From: Adineta vaga | Lineage: Eukaryota; Animalia; Rotifera | Direction: 5' to 3' | Assembly: GCA_021613535.1 (NCBI GenBank) | Contig: CP075494.1 | Span: 1,860,001 to 1,924,000 of the forward strand | Length of the DNA: 64,000 bases | Shown here: piece by piece, positions 25,030-39,180 of the stretch | Layout: each line of letters opens with the position of its first letter | How positions within the stretch are numbered: position 1 is the stretch's first letter | Position numbers and translations under genes: made by a program | Notes under the pieces: model-generated | The model's input: the letters and a program-made list of their open reading frames with translations, nothing else | The model's database searches: none | Told to the model about the DNA's origin: nothing

Positions 25030-26870
25030 ATCATCTCATTCTCTTATGCTATATATCATGGTCAATGTACTAAATACATCAATAACATAGTTAGCACTAC
25101 TTTTTGTCGATGCGATCAAGGATGGTCTGGAATTCACTGTAATACTCCACAGAATTGCACTTGTACATCAGATTCTCTATGTATTGGTATTACAGGAAAT
25201 AATCAGTCGATATGTGTTTGTCCTCTTGGAAAATTCGGTTCTCGATGTTTACTTAACAATATTGTATGTCAACTCGATCAAAATGAAACATGTCTTAATG
25301 GTGGTGAATGTATACCTATCGATGAACGTATTGATAATCATCGACGACTTACATGTATTTTTCTAAATGGTTTTAGTGGACATCGATGTGAAATAATCGA
25401 TACGAAAATTATTGTTTCATTTGAAAACGATATTATGCTTTCACAATCAATACTCATTCATTTTATTCAAATATCAAATGAATAACCAACACGACATGTA
25501 ACTACATTTAAAAAGTTTCTTTTTGGTCAAGTTTCAAATAATTTATTGGTCACATCCATTTCATATTGTAACTATTGAACCAATGAAAAATACATTCTAT
25601 TTAACAATAGTTCAAAAGATATATACACCATCAATTACACTTATTAGAAAAATCAATTCATCACATCATTGTAAAAACATTACAGAAATATTTAATAAAA
25701 CATTCGTTCAATAGCATCTTATTCATCGTATAAAACATTATCATGAACCATGTCAACAATCTTCATTACAATTGTCTTGTTTTCATGATGAGAAACATTT
25801 CTGTTTATGTACTGATTTTGAACAACAACGTTTATCTAATTGTTTCGATTTTGATTTTCATATGCAATACAATTGTCTTCGTCAAAGTGTTTGTGAAAAT
25901 GGAGCTCAATGTTTTCAAGATAGTCCTACATGTCCACAAAAATCAATATGTGTGTGTAACGAATGTTTTTATGGAACACGATGTCAATTTACTACAAAAG
26001 GTTTTGGTTTTTCACTCGATGCTATTTTAGGATATCGTATTCAACCTCATGTGAGTTTTCAACAACAATCCACAATTGTACAAGTAAGTCTAATACTTAC
26101 GATAATCATGTTCATGTCAGGACTTGCCAATGGTATTCTATCTCTAATTACTTTCAACATAAAAAAACTCCATCAAGTTGGTTGTGGTCTATATTTACTT
26201 GGATCATCGATCACTTCTTTATTGACAACTACTGTGTTTACATTGAAATTCTCTATGTTGTTACTCTTATATAAATGGCAATTATCACTAATCAATCATT
26301 TCTAAATTTTCAATGTATTCTGATAGATTTTCTTATTCGAGTTTGTCTTGGCATGGATCAATGGCTTAATGCTTGTGTAGCTATCGAACGAGCAATAACC
26401 GTTAGAAGTGGAGTTGCTTTTAATAAAAATAAAAGCAAGAAAATAGCTAAATGGAAGTTTTTGATTCGATGGTTAATATGGTTCATTTTCTCGGTCCGTT
26501 TGTCATTAATTTACTCTCAGCATTGCTCATTATCATAGTAGGTGCACGACAACGAGCCCGTGCTCGTTCTCGTCAATCATACCGAGAACATTTGCTTGAA
26601 CGATTTCGAGATCACAGACAACTTCTAATTGCACCATGCATATTAATTATTCTTGCATTTCCTCGTCTTTATATTTCATTTATATCAAATTGTATGAAAT
26701 CTGCTCATAATTCTTAGTTATATCTCATTGGTTATTTTATTTCATTTGCTCCACCTATGCTTACTTTTATCATATTTGTTATACCATCAGATTTATATAG
26801 AAAAGAATCTTGGGAATCAATTAAATATCAGCGACAATATATTCGTCAACAGCTATGTTTTAAACTATAA
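25030..26870 (+). pseudogene. 5'-truncated EGF-repeat plus 7TM receptor pseudogene
   Basis: EGF motifs (C.NGG.C, CENGAQC..C.C..CFYGTRC), VGCGLYLL and ACVAIERA. In-frame stops (~25712, ~26715) and several frame changes. Confidence 0.85.
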
Positions 26871-27085
26871 GTAATAGATAATTAAACTGTGTTTTTTTTA
26901 GTTTATTTATTTAATATGAATAGTACAACCTAAATAAAAGTCTTATTGATCTAATAGTAATCGACTTTAACTGCGGTTTTGCATGTTTGGGAGAGAAATT
27001 GTTTTTATTAGAAATATAGGAATTTACATAGGATAGGAGTTTTCGAAAACAGAGGATTTTCTTAAATCTAGTACTTCTATCTAAA

Positions 27086-27156
27086 AAGGGTGGGTCTGGG
27101 TGTCAGGGTGTAGATGCTCCGTGAACAAGATGTACCCTCACCCACACCCTCAAGAT
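27086..27156. repeat. Telomere-repeat fold-back element
   Basis: aagggtgggtctgggtgt ... ccctcacccacaccctcaagat. Confidence 0.85.
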
Positions 27157-27918
27157 ACATCATGGTCCGCGACGGTAAAGTATACAGGATAAAATGTCCT
27201 CGAATGAATTGTCCTTTAGATTTTGTTCCATAAAAAATCGGTATGAATGCGAATGAGACGGAAAATGAAGAAGGAGCATCATCACGCAAATCTAAATTCA
27301 CATGCTAAATACTATACTTCACCCTCATCCTCAAATTAAAAAAGAATATTCACAATGAAAACATAATCAGTCTTATTATTAAATTTGATTCTTCTGTGAC
27401 TTTTATCGCATAATTATCTTAATGTCTATTATTAATCTGACGTCAATGTTATACGTTTAAGATATTCGAACTATTGATCATTCAACTATGCATATATTAT
27501 TTTCGAATTCTAAATATAACGAAAATCAGAATATTAGTTCTATCATTCTCGACAAACGTTTACTCATTTTTCATCATTATTATATTATAAACACACTTCG
27601 AGCAACCGACAGAAAAATTGTCTTTTTCTTATGCTTTTTTTACCTTGATTTTTACTGGTCTAAGAATCAATCGGTAAAAAACGTGCTTTTAATGACGTTA
27701 TTCTACCAAGTGCATGTGTGTACATGCAATCTACAACGATAATTAAACATTTTGATTAATCGATAAATAATACATGTAATTATCGCTAAAGAAAAAAAAA
27801 ACGGCAGTATCAAAGAACGAAAAATATACATATAAGGTACTTAGTTTTATAAAGTAATGCAAAATATACCTTTTTTATTTTTACTTCAAACGAATAGAGA
27901 CGTTTAATTATACGCAGT

Positions 27919-30900
27919 ATGTTTTCTACATGGTAAGAGTAAATCGATTTTTATGTTATACTTCGTACAAAAGGAGTGTGATACAGTAAAATCTCTCTAT
28001 AGTGGACACTCTCGAGACTAATCAAAGATGTCCACTGTAGGGAGAGAGAGAGAGATCCACTATATAGAGGTGAGGTATTTTGTAGGACAGCTCTTTCAAA
28101 CACAGAGTAAATATGTTTTGTAGATGCCTAAAGAGCCCTAGTGAACAATACAAGACGTTACTTCTTCTTAAATCCATCTTTGTTCTCCATAACTTAATAG
28201 TTGTCAAAATCTAGTCGAATTTCTCTTATGAGCACCAATACATTTTTCAAAACTCTTCATCGTATATAATTGTATGCAATAATGTCCACTATAAAAGGTT
28301 CCACGGTAACTGATTTATCACTTTCACAGGAGTTCATCCACTTGGAAGATTCTCACTCTACTATTTGGAGTGGTCTCTTGTCTATTGTTGGCAACTACAA
28401 TTGTTTTAGCGGTTTTATATGGTATCGAACGAAACAAGATCAAAGAATCAACAAAATTCTGTAATATTAATATGATCATTTCATATTCAAATCTTTTCTT
28501 TTTCATTAGATGACAACAATACCTTTTGTTCAACTCCATACTGTATCAATACAGGTAGCTACCTTCTATTATATACAATCGATTGTGTGTACACAATTGT
28601 CTTTAGCTAATTATCTTCTACAAAGTATTGATGAGTCTGTTAATCCATGTGAAAATTTCTATGATTTTGTATGTGGTAAATGGATGAATAGCTCGATCAT
28701 ACCAGATGATGGTAATGTTCTTAGCAACTTTTCACAATTAATCTATATAGTTTTGGTCTACTAGAGATGGATGTAAGCATTTTCTCAAGTTTGACAAATG
28801 AGTTAAACCAACGTATTGTTGGTAGGTGATTAATTTGGAACATTTCTATTTAAATTCAGATTAATTACAGATCTGTTTGCCACTTCGTCGACGAGTATTA
28901 ATGAACTACAATCGATTTTAAATGCTCGCATTCTATATGCTTCATGTATGAACGAAAAAGCAATTGAGACAGATAGTTTGAAAAGTATACTTTCATTTAT
29001 CGATACGGAACTCGGTGGATGGCCAATTATAAAAGGATCAGATTGGAGCAATCTCAATTACACTCTAGCAAATCACTTATTACGTTTAAATCTCTACAGT
29101 CTGAATCCACTATATACAATAGTATCAACGGTCGATAGAATCAATTCATCTTTATACAACATTTTCGTAAGTAAATATTTGCATATCGATAGTTATTCTA
29201 AATTTGTTGTGCAAAAGATTGGTCAAGGTCATTTAAATCTACAAACAAAAGACTTATACACAACTGAAAATAACATCACAATTCTCTATCGTGAAGTTAT
29301 GCGTGAAGTAGTGCTTGAATTAACCAATATCACATTACATATTGACACTGATATTGCGGATATGTTTGCTTTAGAAAAAAGTATTGCTCAAGTAAGTTTA
29401 AGTTTGTATGATCATATGTTCTCTCATATTCTATATTCATAGTACTTCTGGACACCTACAGATCTCGTTTATCGAGCCAACGAAAACTCTCGAATAGCAA
29501 TAGATAATGTGACAAAAGTGGTCAATTCCAGCGTTAGTAATCAAAACGATTTTTCACTTTGATTAAATTACTATTATATTCATGATTGTAATTTAGTTTG
29601 ATTTTTCTGATTTCATTCATCGGTTATATCAGTCAGTTGGTGTGAATCTGACTGAAACAGATATGGTCAGTGTTAATCAAATGGATTATCTGTATAATGT
29701 TTCGATGATCATTAGCCAATACTCGCCACGTGTAGTACAAAACTATCTCGTTTGGTGTTTTGTATTCAATATGATCGATTCCATGCCACAACGATTTCAA
29801 GTGATAAAACGAAAGTTAACTGATTTAACTCTAGGAACATCTGTTGAACAAGTCCGAAGTATTAAATGTGGTTCTTCTGTCAATAGTGCAATGGGTTTTG
29901 CTGTCTCAAGACTTTACATCGAGAAATATTTCAGTGGAAATTCACGAAATCAGGTAGAGTACATCATCCGATTATAGGTGTAATTCTATTCCATTACTTA
30001 TAGTCGTTAGAAGTATATCGGAAGATTCGAGATGCATTTATTGATATGATTAGTCAAGCTTCATGGATGGATACTGTTTCAAAGAGCAGAGCCATAGAAA
30101 AGGTAAATGGTGCATGAAAAAAGTGTCCTACAAAAAAAAGAAATGCTTGACTATTTAGGCACAAGCAATCATCGAGAGTATTGGATATCCTGACTATGTG
30201 AGCTCACCTAATGTGACAGAATTAGAAAAGCAATATATGAACGTAACAAATTTGAGAAGATAAACATTCCAATTACTATATTAATATAATTTCTCCTTTA
30301 AATGTTCTAGTATAGGTTTAATTCATCATACATGTACAATTCTCTCCTCATATTTCGACTGATTACGACAGAGTTTCTGGGAAAACTTCGTCAACCTACT
30401 CGTCGCACAACATGGGCACAACCACCAACAGTAATTAATGCCTTCTACAGTCCACCTTACAATTCTATCAGCAAGCTATCGATCAATGTTTCGCAATAAT
30501 GTATTATGGATTTTCTTTTATATTTAGTATTTCCGGCAGGCATTCTTCAAACGCCTACATTTCATGTTGAAGCACCTAAGTTAGTATTTCTTCATACGAA
30601 TCTTTGTCTAACTGACTGAAAATGAGTTTATAAATTCCCCATAGTTTTTAACATATGAATCTGATAAACTCATTTTGAAAATACTAACGTATCTGTTTCT
30701 TCTTAGGTATCTCAACTTTGGTGGTAAGTAGTATCTCCTATCACTGAAACATCTACACTTGTACCAAATAACAATCCTAGGCATTGGAATGGTTATGGGA
30801 CATGAGATGACACATGGTTTCGACAACAATGGTCGATTCTATGATAAAGAAGGCAATCGACTTTCTTGGTGGACTAATGAAACCAGTGTCGCATTTGATC

Positions 30901-31473
30901 AGAAGAAACAATGTATCATCGATCAATATAGCAATTATACTGTGGCACAAGTCAACCTTCAGGTCTCTTTTTTTATTCTCGCGTTTACTATGCTATCAAA
31001 TAACTGCTGTGTATTTAGATCCAAGGTATATTGACACAAGGCGAAAATATTGCCGATAATGGTGGCTTGAAAGCATCTTTTTATGTAAGACTGTTTATTA
31101 GTGAAGTTCTCATATGATATTCATCGATCGTAGGCCTATCAAAAATGGGCAAAAGAAAATCCAAATATTGACAAGAAACTACCTGGTCTGGAAAAATATT
31201 CAGCGGAACAACTATTCTTTATGAGTTTTGGACATATCTGGTGTTCGAAAGTGCGAGATTCGGTTCTGGCAATTTTAATGAAATCAGATTCTCATTCTCC
31301 ATCTATGTATAGGTGAAACACGCTTTCTCTTCTGAGTATATTGACACAAATAGCTATGTCTCTAAATTTTTAGGGTGATTGGGACGACATCAAACTTTGT
31401 TGAGTTCGATCGAGTATTTGGATGTAAACCTGGTCAAGGTAACAGCCGAATAAACAAATGTACAGTTTGGTAA
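27919..31473 (+). CDS. Neprilysin/ECE-like M13 zinc metallopeptidase, type II membrane, many short introns
   Basis: N-terminal [34 protein letters not shown] (HExxH), ENIADNGG and C-terminal CTVW*. One probable GC-AG intron at ~30470. Confidence 0.93.
27984..28306. mobile_element. Tc1/mariner-pogo type MITE in neprilysin intron 1
   Basis: TA|CAGTAAAATCTCTCTATAGTGGACA ... TGTCCACTATAAAAGGTTCCACGG|TA: imperfect TIRs, TA on both flanks, and internal repeats of tccact.ta. Confidence 0.7.
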
Positions 31474-31937
31474 ACACATCGTATTACATTGACAATTCTT
31501 TTTTTCTGCTACTTTTCTATAATAAAAATTAACGATATAAAGTTCATCTTTTATATTAACTGTATATTTCATTCAATATGTCAATCCATGGTCTGGTTTA
31601 TTTTATTTTTAATAAACACAGTATTTATCAAACAGAAAAAGAAAAAAGTCGTCAGATGAGCTGCATCTAAACATGAAGCCATCTGTTATACACACAACTT
31701 ATCACCTATCCTTCTAAACATTGCAGTTGGCCAGGCGTATAACAGCGTCCATTGCACAACTCCTGATTCCAACTGCAAATAGTAGCTGCAGATGCATTAC
31801 TTAGACCGATGAAAAAAATTATAAGAATTAGATGTGCCGACATTTTATTATCTAATATGATAGAAACCGGATACTTAAGTGTATTTGATCTCGAAAGAAA
31901 TCTATTTGTAATTTGACAGTGACGTATTGCAATACGC

Positions 31938-31987
31938 GGTGTGGGTGTGGGTGTGGGTGTTCAGTCTTCCCACACCCACACCCTCAA
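31938..31987. repeat. Telomere-repeat fold-back element
   Basis: gg(tgtggg)3tgttcagtctt-cccacacccacaccctcaa. Confidence 0.9.
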
Positions 31988-32343
31988 CTATCTGTCTATT
32001 TCTCCTTTTTTTGTAATTCCAACATTTTTATCTCGCTACATCGATTCTACTTTGCGGACATTTTTTATATGCAGCTAAAAATAGATAATTGCATGAATAA
32101 ACACTTTTTTTTCTTAATTGGTATCGACAGAATCTCGATATAGTATTAATAGATGTGTATCGAATGAAAAAATAAACAAAGAAATAATTTCTTTCTTAAT
32201 TTAGAAATCTTTTATTGAAAACCTTTTAAAATCAAACACTTTTATGATTAATAGATAAAAGGGTAAGTGTAAATTAGGATTATTCATCAATCTTTTATAT
32301 TCCACTTGTCAAGATTAACCAGTGCCTGCTATACTTGAACAGC

Positions 32344-33282
32344 TCAACAATCTCTTGTACGATTCGTGGCTATTACTTGAGGTCCAATAACGTTTCTATT
32401 TCGTCGAAAAATTGAAATAATCTTTCGAATTTTTGTTCGAAATTCCGTTAATAGAACAATTGACATAAAAGGTGTTAATAATACAATAAAAGAAATTGTA
32501 TATATTCCAATTTCAAAGAAATCAGCACCCACTTCATATGATAAACCAGCTGTATAAGCCGTATATAAGATCATTGCTGGAAAAGCAAGAACAAAATAAA
32601 GAAAAGATATTGATAATAGCTGAAATAGCATTTTTCTATAATTTTTCCATTGAAATTGTTGACCCATTCGATATTTACTATACCATACACGCACAATAAG
32701 TGATAAACTGCACAGTACTATCATAAAAGTCGGTAATATGCTGTTCACAATACTATCCCACATAGCAATTGATGGATTTACATATGCACAAGAACCAGTT
32801 CCACATCGTACTTGATTATAGTCATATGGAATTTCACAAGGCATTATAATAAATACAATAAAATAATAAATTAATGGATAAATCATAAATATTGTCAAAG
32901 GTAAATAATGAAAAATGAAACGTTTAAATGGTGTTGAATTTAGATTTTGATGAAAAATAAGAATATGTCGTTCAATTGATGTCCAAGTAGTGAGCATAGC
33001 TATTGAAGTAAATACTCCAAAATCTAAATAAATCCATATGAGACAAAATGTAGGTGTTGACAATAATGATGAATTAGTATGATAACAATATATACACCAA
33101 ATTGTATCGGTAAGCATAAAGATAAGACCAAAACTAAGAATAAGTATAATGACATGATTACTTAATTCTTTTCGATATCTTTGTTTGATAAGAAGATAAT
33201 AAAGATTAAAAATACTACATAATATTGAAGGACCTATTAAGATTGTAAACATCCAAAAATTAATTAGATTTGAAATTGTCAT
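32344..33282 (-). CDS. Orphan rhodopsin-like GPCR, intronless, same family as 23268-24212
   Basis: Seven hydrophobic segments, WTSIERHILIFH and WKNYRKML. Confidence 0.85.
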   Translation of the reverse strand: MTISNLINFWMFTILIGPSILCSIFNLYYLLIKQRYRKELSNHVIILILSFGLIFMLTDTIWCIYCYHTNSSLLSTPTFCLIWIYLDFGVFTSIAMLTTWTSIERHILIFHQNLNSTPFKRFIFHYLPLTIFMIYPLIYYFIVFIIMPCEIPYDYNQVRCGTGSCAYVNPSIAMWDSIVNSILPTFMIVLCSLSLIVRVWYSKYRMGQQFQWKNYRKMLFQLLSISFLYFVLAFPAMILYTAYTAGLSYEVGADFFEIGIYTISFIVLLTPFMSIVLLTEFRTKIRKIISIFRRNRNVIGPQVIATNRTRDC

Positions 33283-33968
33283 TATTGATAATCGAGAATT
33301 TGTATTGAATGAATCTACGAAAGAAAGAGAGAAATAATAAATAAAAGTCAATTTGATATTATCTAAATCGAAAATAATTCTTTGGAATTTTTCTCTTACT
33401 ATAAAGTATTATTTTACTTTTGATTAGCAAATATAAAACTTCATGTTCTTTTCTCATCTAAAATAAACGGTAGACTTAACAATTTTGTTTTATAATCAAA
33501 TCTTCTGATTTATTAATATTTTTCGTTCGGATGAATGTTATAAAATAAAAGAAACTGATGTATATATTCTTTTTAAATTGATTTGATTTTAAATGACATA
33601 GAAAACATGTTAAGTCGTATTGAATTATCAAAATGAATATGATAATTTTGCGAAGATGACAAAAGTACTTGAAAAAAAATTATTTTATGGAAGTTATGTA
33701 GTTCTATAGAATAAGGTAAACGCGTATGTTTAATGAATAATACGCCTTTTACATAAACTTTTCATATAATCGTGTGCAGATACAATTTCATATTTTTTCA
33801 CTTAGAAAAAGGTTATTTTGCATATATATAAAGATGTATCCGAAGCTGAACGTATATTAACAAGATGAATATATGCCGGATATGAAGAAATTAATCATAT
33901 AAGTACTGTATGTTAGTTTGAAATGAGGAATACATTGATAAATTATCCACGATGGTATAAACGCATGT

Positions 33969-34033
33969 TCTCGAGGGTGTGGGCGAGGGTCTGGGTGTCA
34001 ATAAAGATACAATATCCACATCCACACCCTCAA
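33969..34033. repeat. Telomere-repeat fold-back element
   Basis: tctcgagggtgtggg ... ccacatccacaccctcaa. Confidence 0.85.
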
Positions 34034-34426
34034 ACACCATGGATTTTTACATATTTATATACTGCTATAACCATTTATGTCACAAACATTTCGTGGTGAA
34101 CTAAAAACCTTCTATATCCTCTTTATTATCCATGATATATAGAAATAATTCAAGCCAAATACCTTCGTCAAGCACCAGTGAGCAAACCAAATCGTCAGAA
34201 ACGAACCGAGCGGAACGCTATTAATTATGAAATTTGAACGTTCTTTTTTTTTGACTTACCTCTTGTATCTTTCTTTTCAGAACTAAAATGAAAATAGTAA
34301 ATAAATCAATATTGCGTATTAATTCGAAGCAGAGGATGGGTGAGAATGTGTACGATAGATATCTTGTATTCGCCGATATCTACACATATATCTATTCCCT
34401 CACTCTTAACGAATTTTCATTTTTAT

Positions 34427-37400
34427 TTATAATAATTGTTGACGCAATTTTTCTCCTTCAACAACAAAAATATTTGTTAATATATGATTAGCAGTTCTAT
34501 AATTATTCATAATAATTTGTCCTGTTCGTATCCAAGCAGATGATGTTGATCCTGTTGATACAATTTTTGTTTTACTAATATAATTTATTTCTTTCATTTT
34601 CATACAAGAAATAATTTCATAATTAATTGGATCATAAAATAATAAATTTTCATTTGAAATATCAATATATTTCCATAAATGAGTAGCATTAATATTATAT
34701 TCTTGTCGCCAATAAATCGTAAAATCATAATTATTATAAAATGATGAACATGTAAATGTATTTGAAGATAATAAACTATTTACTGAATCTAAACCAATTC
34801 GATAAAAATCAGTAATAAAATCATAATGACTATCAAATGAACAACTCCATAAAACAATACTTGATCGACCATTATCATCTTCTATAACACTTAATTTTGA
34901 TTGATAATTTTCAATTAATTTCCCAAAATTTCCTCCAATATTTCTAAATTGATATTCTCGTTTTTGATTATCTAATATTTCTAATTGTTCAATTGAATCA
35001 CCGATGATATGTCCATTAAAACTAATTCGTCTTGTTTGTTCATCAATTTGATCAGTCATTGAAATATTCGGATGCCATTTATGAATATAAAAAAATCTTC
35101 CAATTAAATTCCAAACAATACCAACTGTATTTCCAATCCGAATAGTTTGAATAACATTAAAATGTTTCATTGTTTTATTAAAAGCAAATTGTTGTTCAAA
35201 TGAATAATACGACAATGGAATATTTGCAGCAAATTGGCTATTAATATCTGTAAAATTCTCCGGATTACTTTTTGATACATAAAATGATGATTTATAATCA
35301 ATATTCTTCCCATCATTGAATAACCAAATAAAATCTTTCCACATTTTTATTTCTGGTTTATGATATTCATCATTACTTGTAGAAATAAATATTTGTACAG
35401 GAATTTGTAATGTCATAACAAACATTTCAATACTTAATTGCCATTCTAAAAGGAGATTATTGTTTAGAAAACCAAGATGAATTTCATTCATAAAAATAAT
35501 AATTTTATAACCAGATAAAAATAAATTTTGTAATTGTTGTGATTTATTCATTAATATTTTATCAAAATCAAATGCAGCTATTTTTGAAGTTGATATTAAA
35601 TCATAACTTTGAAATATAAACATTGTATGTCGTTGTTTCCATATACCAATTTGTTGATTTTTTGAATATTGTTTAATTAATTTATCAGATAATATTTCTG
35701 CCATAGCATAAATTGTTGCAGATGGATTTGCATCAATTTGTGAAGCAAAACTAGATGCATCACAAACACGTAAAGATTTTGTTCCTTTTACAATTAAATT
35801 TTCATCAGTACAAAAACCCATTTGACATGAACATGTTGGATGAAGTGCACTTTCTATATATTGAAAATATTCATCAAAATTTAAGTTTCCTGGTAATATT
35901 TCTTGAGAGATTAATTGACCAAATTCTGATGATTTATTCATTGTAAATGATCTTAATAAATTGATAACTTTTGAAAAGATATTTTTATCATTTTCACTAA
36001 GTTTTATCCAATTTAAATCAATTTCTGGTTTATCAAATATTGAATTTGTTTGTGCTTTTATCATTCCCGATGTAAAATCATTTATTTGTAAAGTAATTCT
36101 TAATGTTGCTATTGTTCCATTTGTACATTGATTAGTTTTTAATTCAGAACATAGTTTATTTGTATAAGTAAATCTTGAATCATTTGTATCAAGAAAATAA
36201 ATTTGAATATCACGAATATTTCTACTTTGATTTAATCGAATACCTGAATTAAATTGAATTAACCATGAAAATGGACCATTTATATCATAAAAATCTTCAT
36301 CACAATTCTTTAATTGAATTATATATGGAAGACTTATATGATCAGCAAGATTTCTACCAACATAAGTGTTATTTACAATAGGTTTAATATTAATTTTTTG
36401 TAAATGAATTGGATCACCAATTCCACTTATTTGAAGTAAATGTGGAGTTGAAAAAGCTCCAGCTGAAAGAATAATTTCATATAAAGAATAAATTGTTTTT
36501 ATTGTTTGTGATTTTGAATCATAATATTCAATTCCAATAGCTCGATTTGTATCATCAAATAAAATACGCGTTACTGTTGAATGAATAAGAATTGATAAAT
36601 TTGGTCGTTTTAAAACATCAGAAGTTAAATAAGCTGATTTACTATTTTCACGAAACCATTGAGATGAATTAGAAGAAAAATATTTAAATTGTTCAAATAA
36701 TGAACAACTATGTGGTTTATTAATTAAATCACCATTATAATCAGATGAGTAACCATTCCATGGTTGATTTTATCATAACAAATATTTTGAAAAGATTTAC
36801 TTAAATTATGAAATAATAATGGATTAAGACTATTTACTTTCATTGGACCTGATTTTCCATGATAGAATTCACAATCTTCTTTAGAAATATTTGTTAATGT
36901 ATAATAACAATAATGATCTTCAAGTTTTTTATAATAAGATAAGAATTGTTCATATTGCCAACCTAATGGCCATTGTTTTAATAGTTCAGGACTTGCTCTA
37001 GAATTAATCATTCCATAGATTCTTGATGTTCCACCTAAACCTATTGAACGTGGAATATAAACTAATTTATTTAAAATTTTTTGACGATTTGTTATGATAA
37101 TTGGATCATGAGGTGATAAAAAATGAAAATCATTTGGAATTTTCATTCCATTCCATTCCGAATCATTTGGAAAATCATCAGGTCCTTTTTCAATACAAAT
37201 AACACGAAAATTTCGATTTTCACTTAAACGAGATGCTAATACAGCTCCACTTGTACCACAACTCACAATTATAAAATGATATGTTAAAAGATCTTTTATT
37301 TTTGATATATTCGTTCTATTTTCATTTACTATCGTTGTTAAAGTTGTTGTTAATGGTATTGATATATCATTTTGTTTATCAATTTTAATAACAATGACTA

Positions 37401-37482
37401 ATGTAGTAATAACTAAACTAATTAAAATAAATAACAATAGAAGAATTATTGAAAAAAAACTACGATTGATTTGTTCTTTCAT
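34427..37482 (-). CDS. Intronless fusion: TM anchor, GMC oxidoreductase, PNK3P-like HAD phosphatase, SRPBCC/polyketide-cyclase-like domain. Single -1 frameshift at ~36769
   Basis: GMC motifs IVSCGTSGAVLASRLSE, GLGGTS, EIILSAGAFSTPHLLQISGIG, VGRNLADH, HPTCSCQMG and LRVCDAS. PNK3P-like KIAAFDFD..KPEIKMW..SFYV. SRPBCC-like VWNLIGRFFYIHKWHP. The frame after the A4 run at 36768-36771 matches that of ORF 34427-36064. Confidence 0.8.
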
Positions 37483-37595
37483 TTTTTGATGTAAGACAAA
37501 GAATGGATTTAGTAACAGTCATAAAAAATTTATCTTTTATAACTATCGTAAAGATATTTATTGTTCTTTTAAGTATAGAAAAAAACATCTTTAAA

Positions 37596-38096
37596 TTAAC
37601 GGGCATATTTTTTTGAAATAGATTTCCAAGTAGCATAACGTTTATTGTCAAATTTTTTTTCATCACGTCCAGTTTCAAATTCTTCAAGTTGAACACGTCG
37701 ATCCGTTGGTCTTCCAACTTGCAATACACCATCTTTAAACCATTTATGTGAAATAAGAAGAGGAACGGTATTCCAATGAACTTCACAACCAAAATGTGCT
37801 TTTTGGTTTAGTTTTTCATTTGGGAAATCAGCATTAATTATAAATCTCATTGTCCATTTTGTTCCATCACCAGTTTGTCCTTCAAAAATATTTTCAACTT
37901 CAACAACTTGATTTGAAGGACTATTAACATATAAATGAAAATTATTTGTTGGACCAGATTTTCGTAGAATTTCACTCATCCATGTTCTCGCTTCACCTGG
38001 TGCATCACCTTTTCGTTTATTTTCAACACAATTTATCATATCTTGAACAACTTTTTCATTTGCATCTTTGAGACTAGTTGCATCTTCGTCGGACAT
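37596..38096 (-). CDS. 166-aa intronless protein of unknown function
   Basis: ATG at 38096 preceded by caaa; globular composition with a cluster of His residues (AHFGCEVHW..SHKW). Ends 113 bp upstream of the GMC fusion start on the same strand. Confidence 0.7.
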   Translation of the reverse strand: MSDEDATSLKDANEKVVQDMINCVENKRKGDAPGEARTWMSEILRKSGPTNNFHLYVNSPSNQVVEVENIFEGQTGDGTKWTMRFIINADFPNEKLNQKAHFGCEVHWNTVPLLISHKWFKDGVLQVGRPTDRRVQLEEFETGRDEKKFDNKRYATWKSISKKYAR

Positions 38097-38602
38097 TTTG
38101 TTTAGGCAAATAAAGATTATTATCAAATGTATGAAAATATCTGACATCAAAAAATGATTCTGCCAATCGGATTTAATTCAATAAAAAGAAAATCTTTATA
38201 TTGACAACTCACTCCATCTTAAGTGACCAATACGACCAATCGAAGTAAATGGGGTTGTTGATTCATTTATTAAATCTACATTACTTATATTGTTTTTTGA
38301 TAAGTTGCCTCATCGGTATAGAATTCTGTTCACATTGATATGATATCTGTAAAAATATCTTTAATTTTTGGTCATTTTTTAATCCATTGTTCATGACATG
38401 ATATTTCTTACTGTTAGAGAAAATAAAAAATTCAATCTAATTGACGAACATCATGAATTCAAGGTATAACATACTCTATAAACGCATGTTCTCTAATTCT
38501 TTGAAACATGGTCTCATAGTTCTGCGACGAAAGCATTCCATTCCTTTGTACAACAACCTAATGAAATTATTTTTTATTTCTTATCATTTTTATTCGAATT
38601 AA

Positions 38603-39180
38603 CCCTTTCACGGCGATGTGAGCCACCAGTGGCTCACACTTTGCATTTCATATTTTAATCTCTAAATGTGTTTTATTAAAAAACAGAATTTACCATAAGA
38701 TGCATCTTGAAAAGCTCTACAAGTTTCATAATAAATCTTATTTTAATTGTATACGTTTTGTTTTCGAAGAAAGTAAAACTTTACGTGACTAGTTTTCGAA
38801 GTTGCGAGATTATCATTTTTTCTACAAGAATGCAAAATCTCATTTTTCTTATTTCATCTTTTTATCACTTAATATGATTTCGCAATAAACAAGACAATAT
38901 ACCACAAGATGCAGAGTGAAACGCTCTTACAATCTATATCATAAAGCTTATTTGAATTGTGTGCAAACCTCGCTGTAAGACACTAAAGTCACGAAATAAC
39001 CTCAAAAATTGGTCGCACACAATTATTCGTTTTTTTGAAAACGAAAAGTACATATTTGAAATAAGTTGTACGATGTAGATTGTAGAACTTTTCACGCGGC
39101 ATCTTGTGGTATATTTTGTTTTCTAATAAAGCGAATTGAGAAGTGTAACTTTCTATCAAAATCTAGTCGCCGCGAAAGGG
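38603..39180. mobile_element. piggyBac-type non-autonomous element (578 bp)
   Basis: TTAA|CCCTTTCACGGCGA ... TCGCCGCGAAAGGG|TTAA, with a subterminal palindrome gtgagccac.agtggctcac. Confidence 0.9.
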
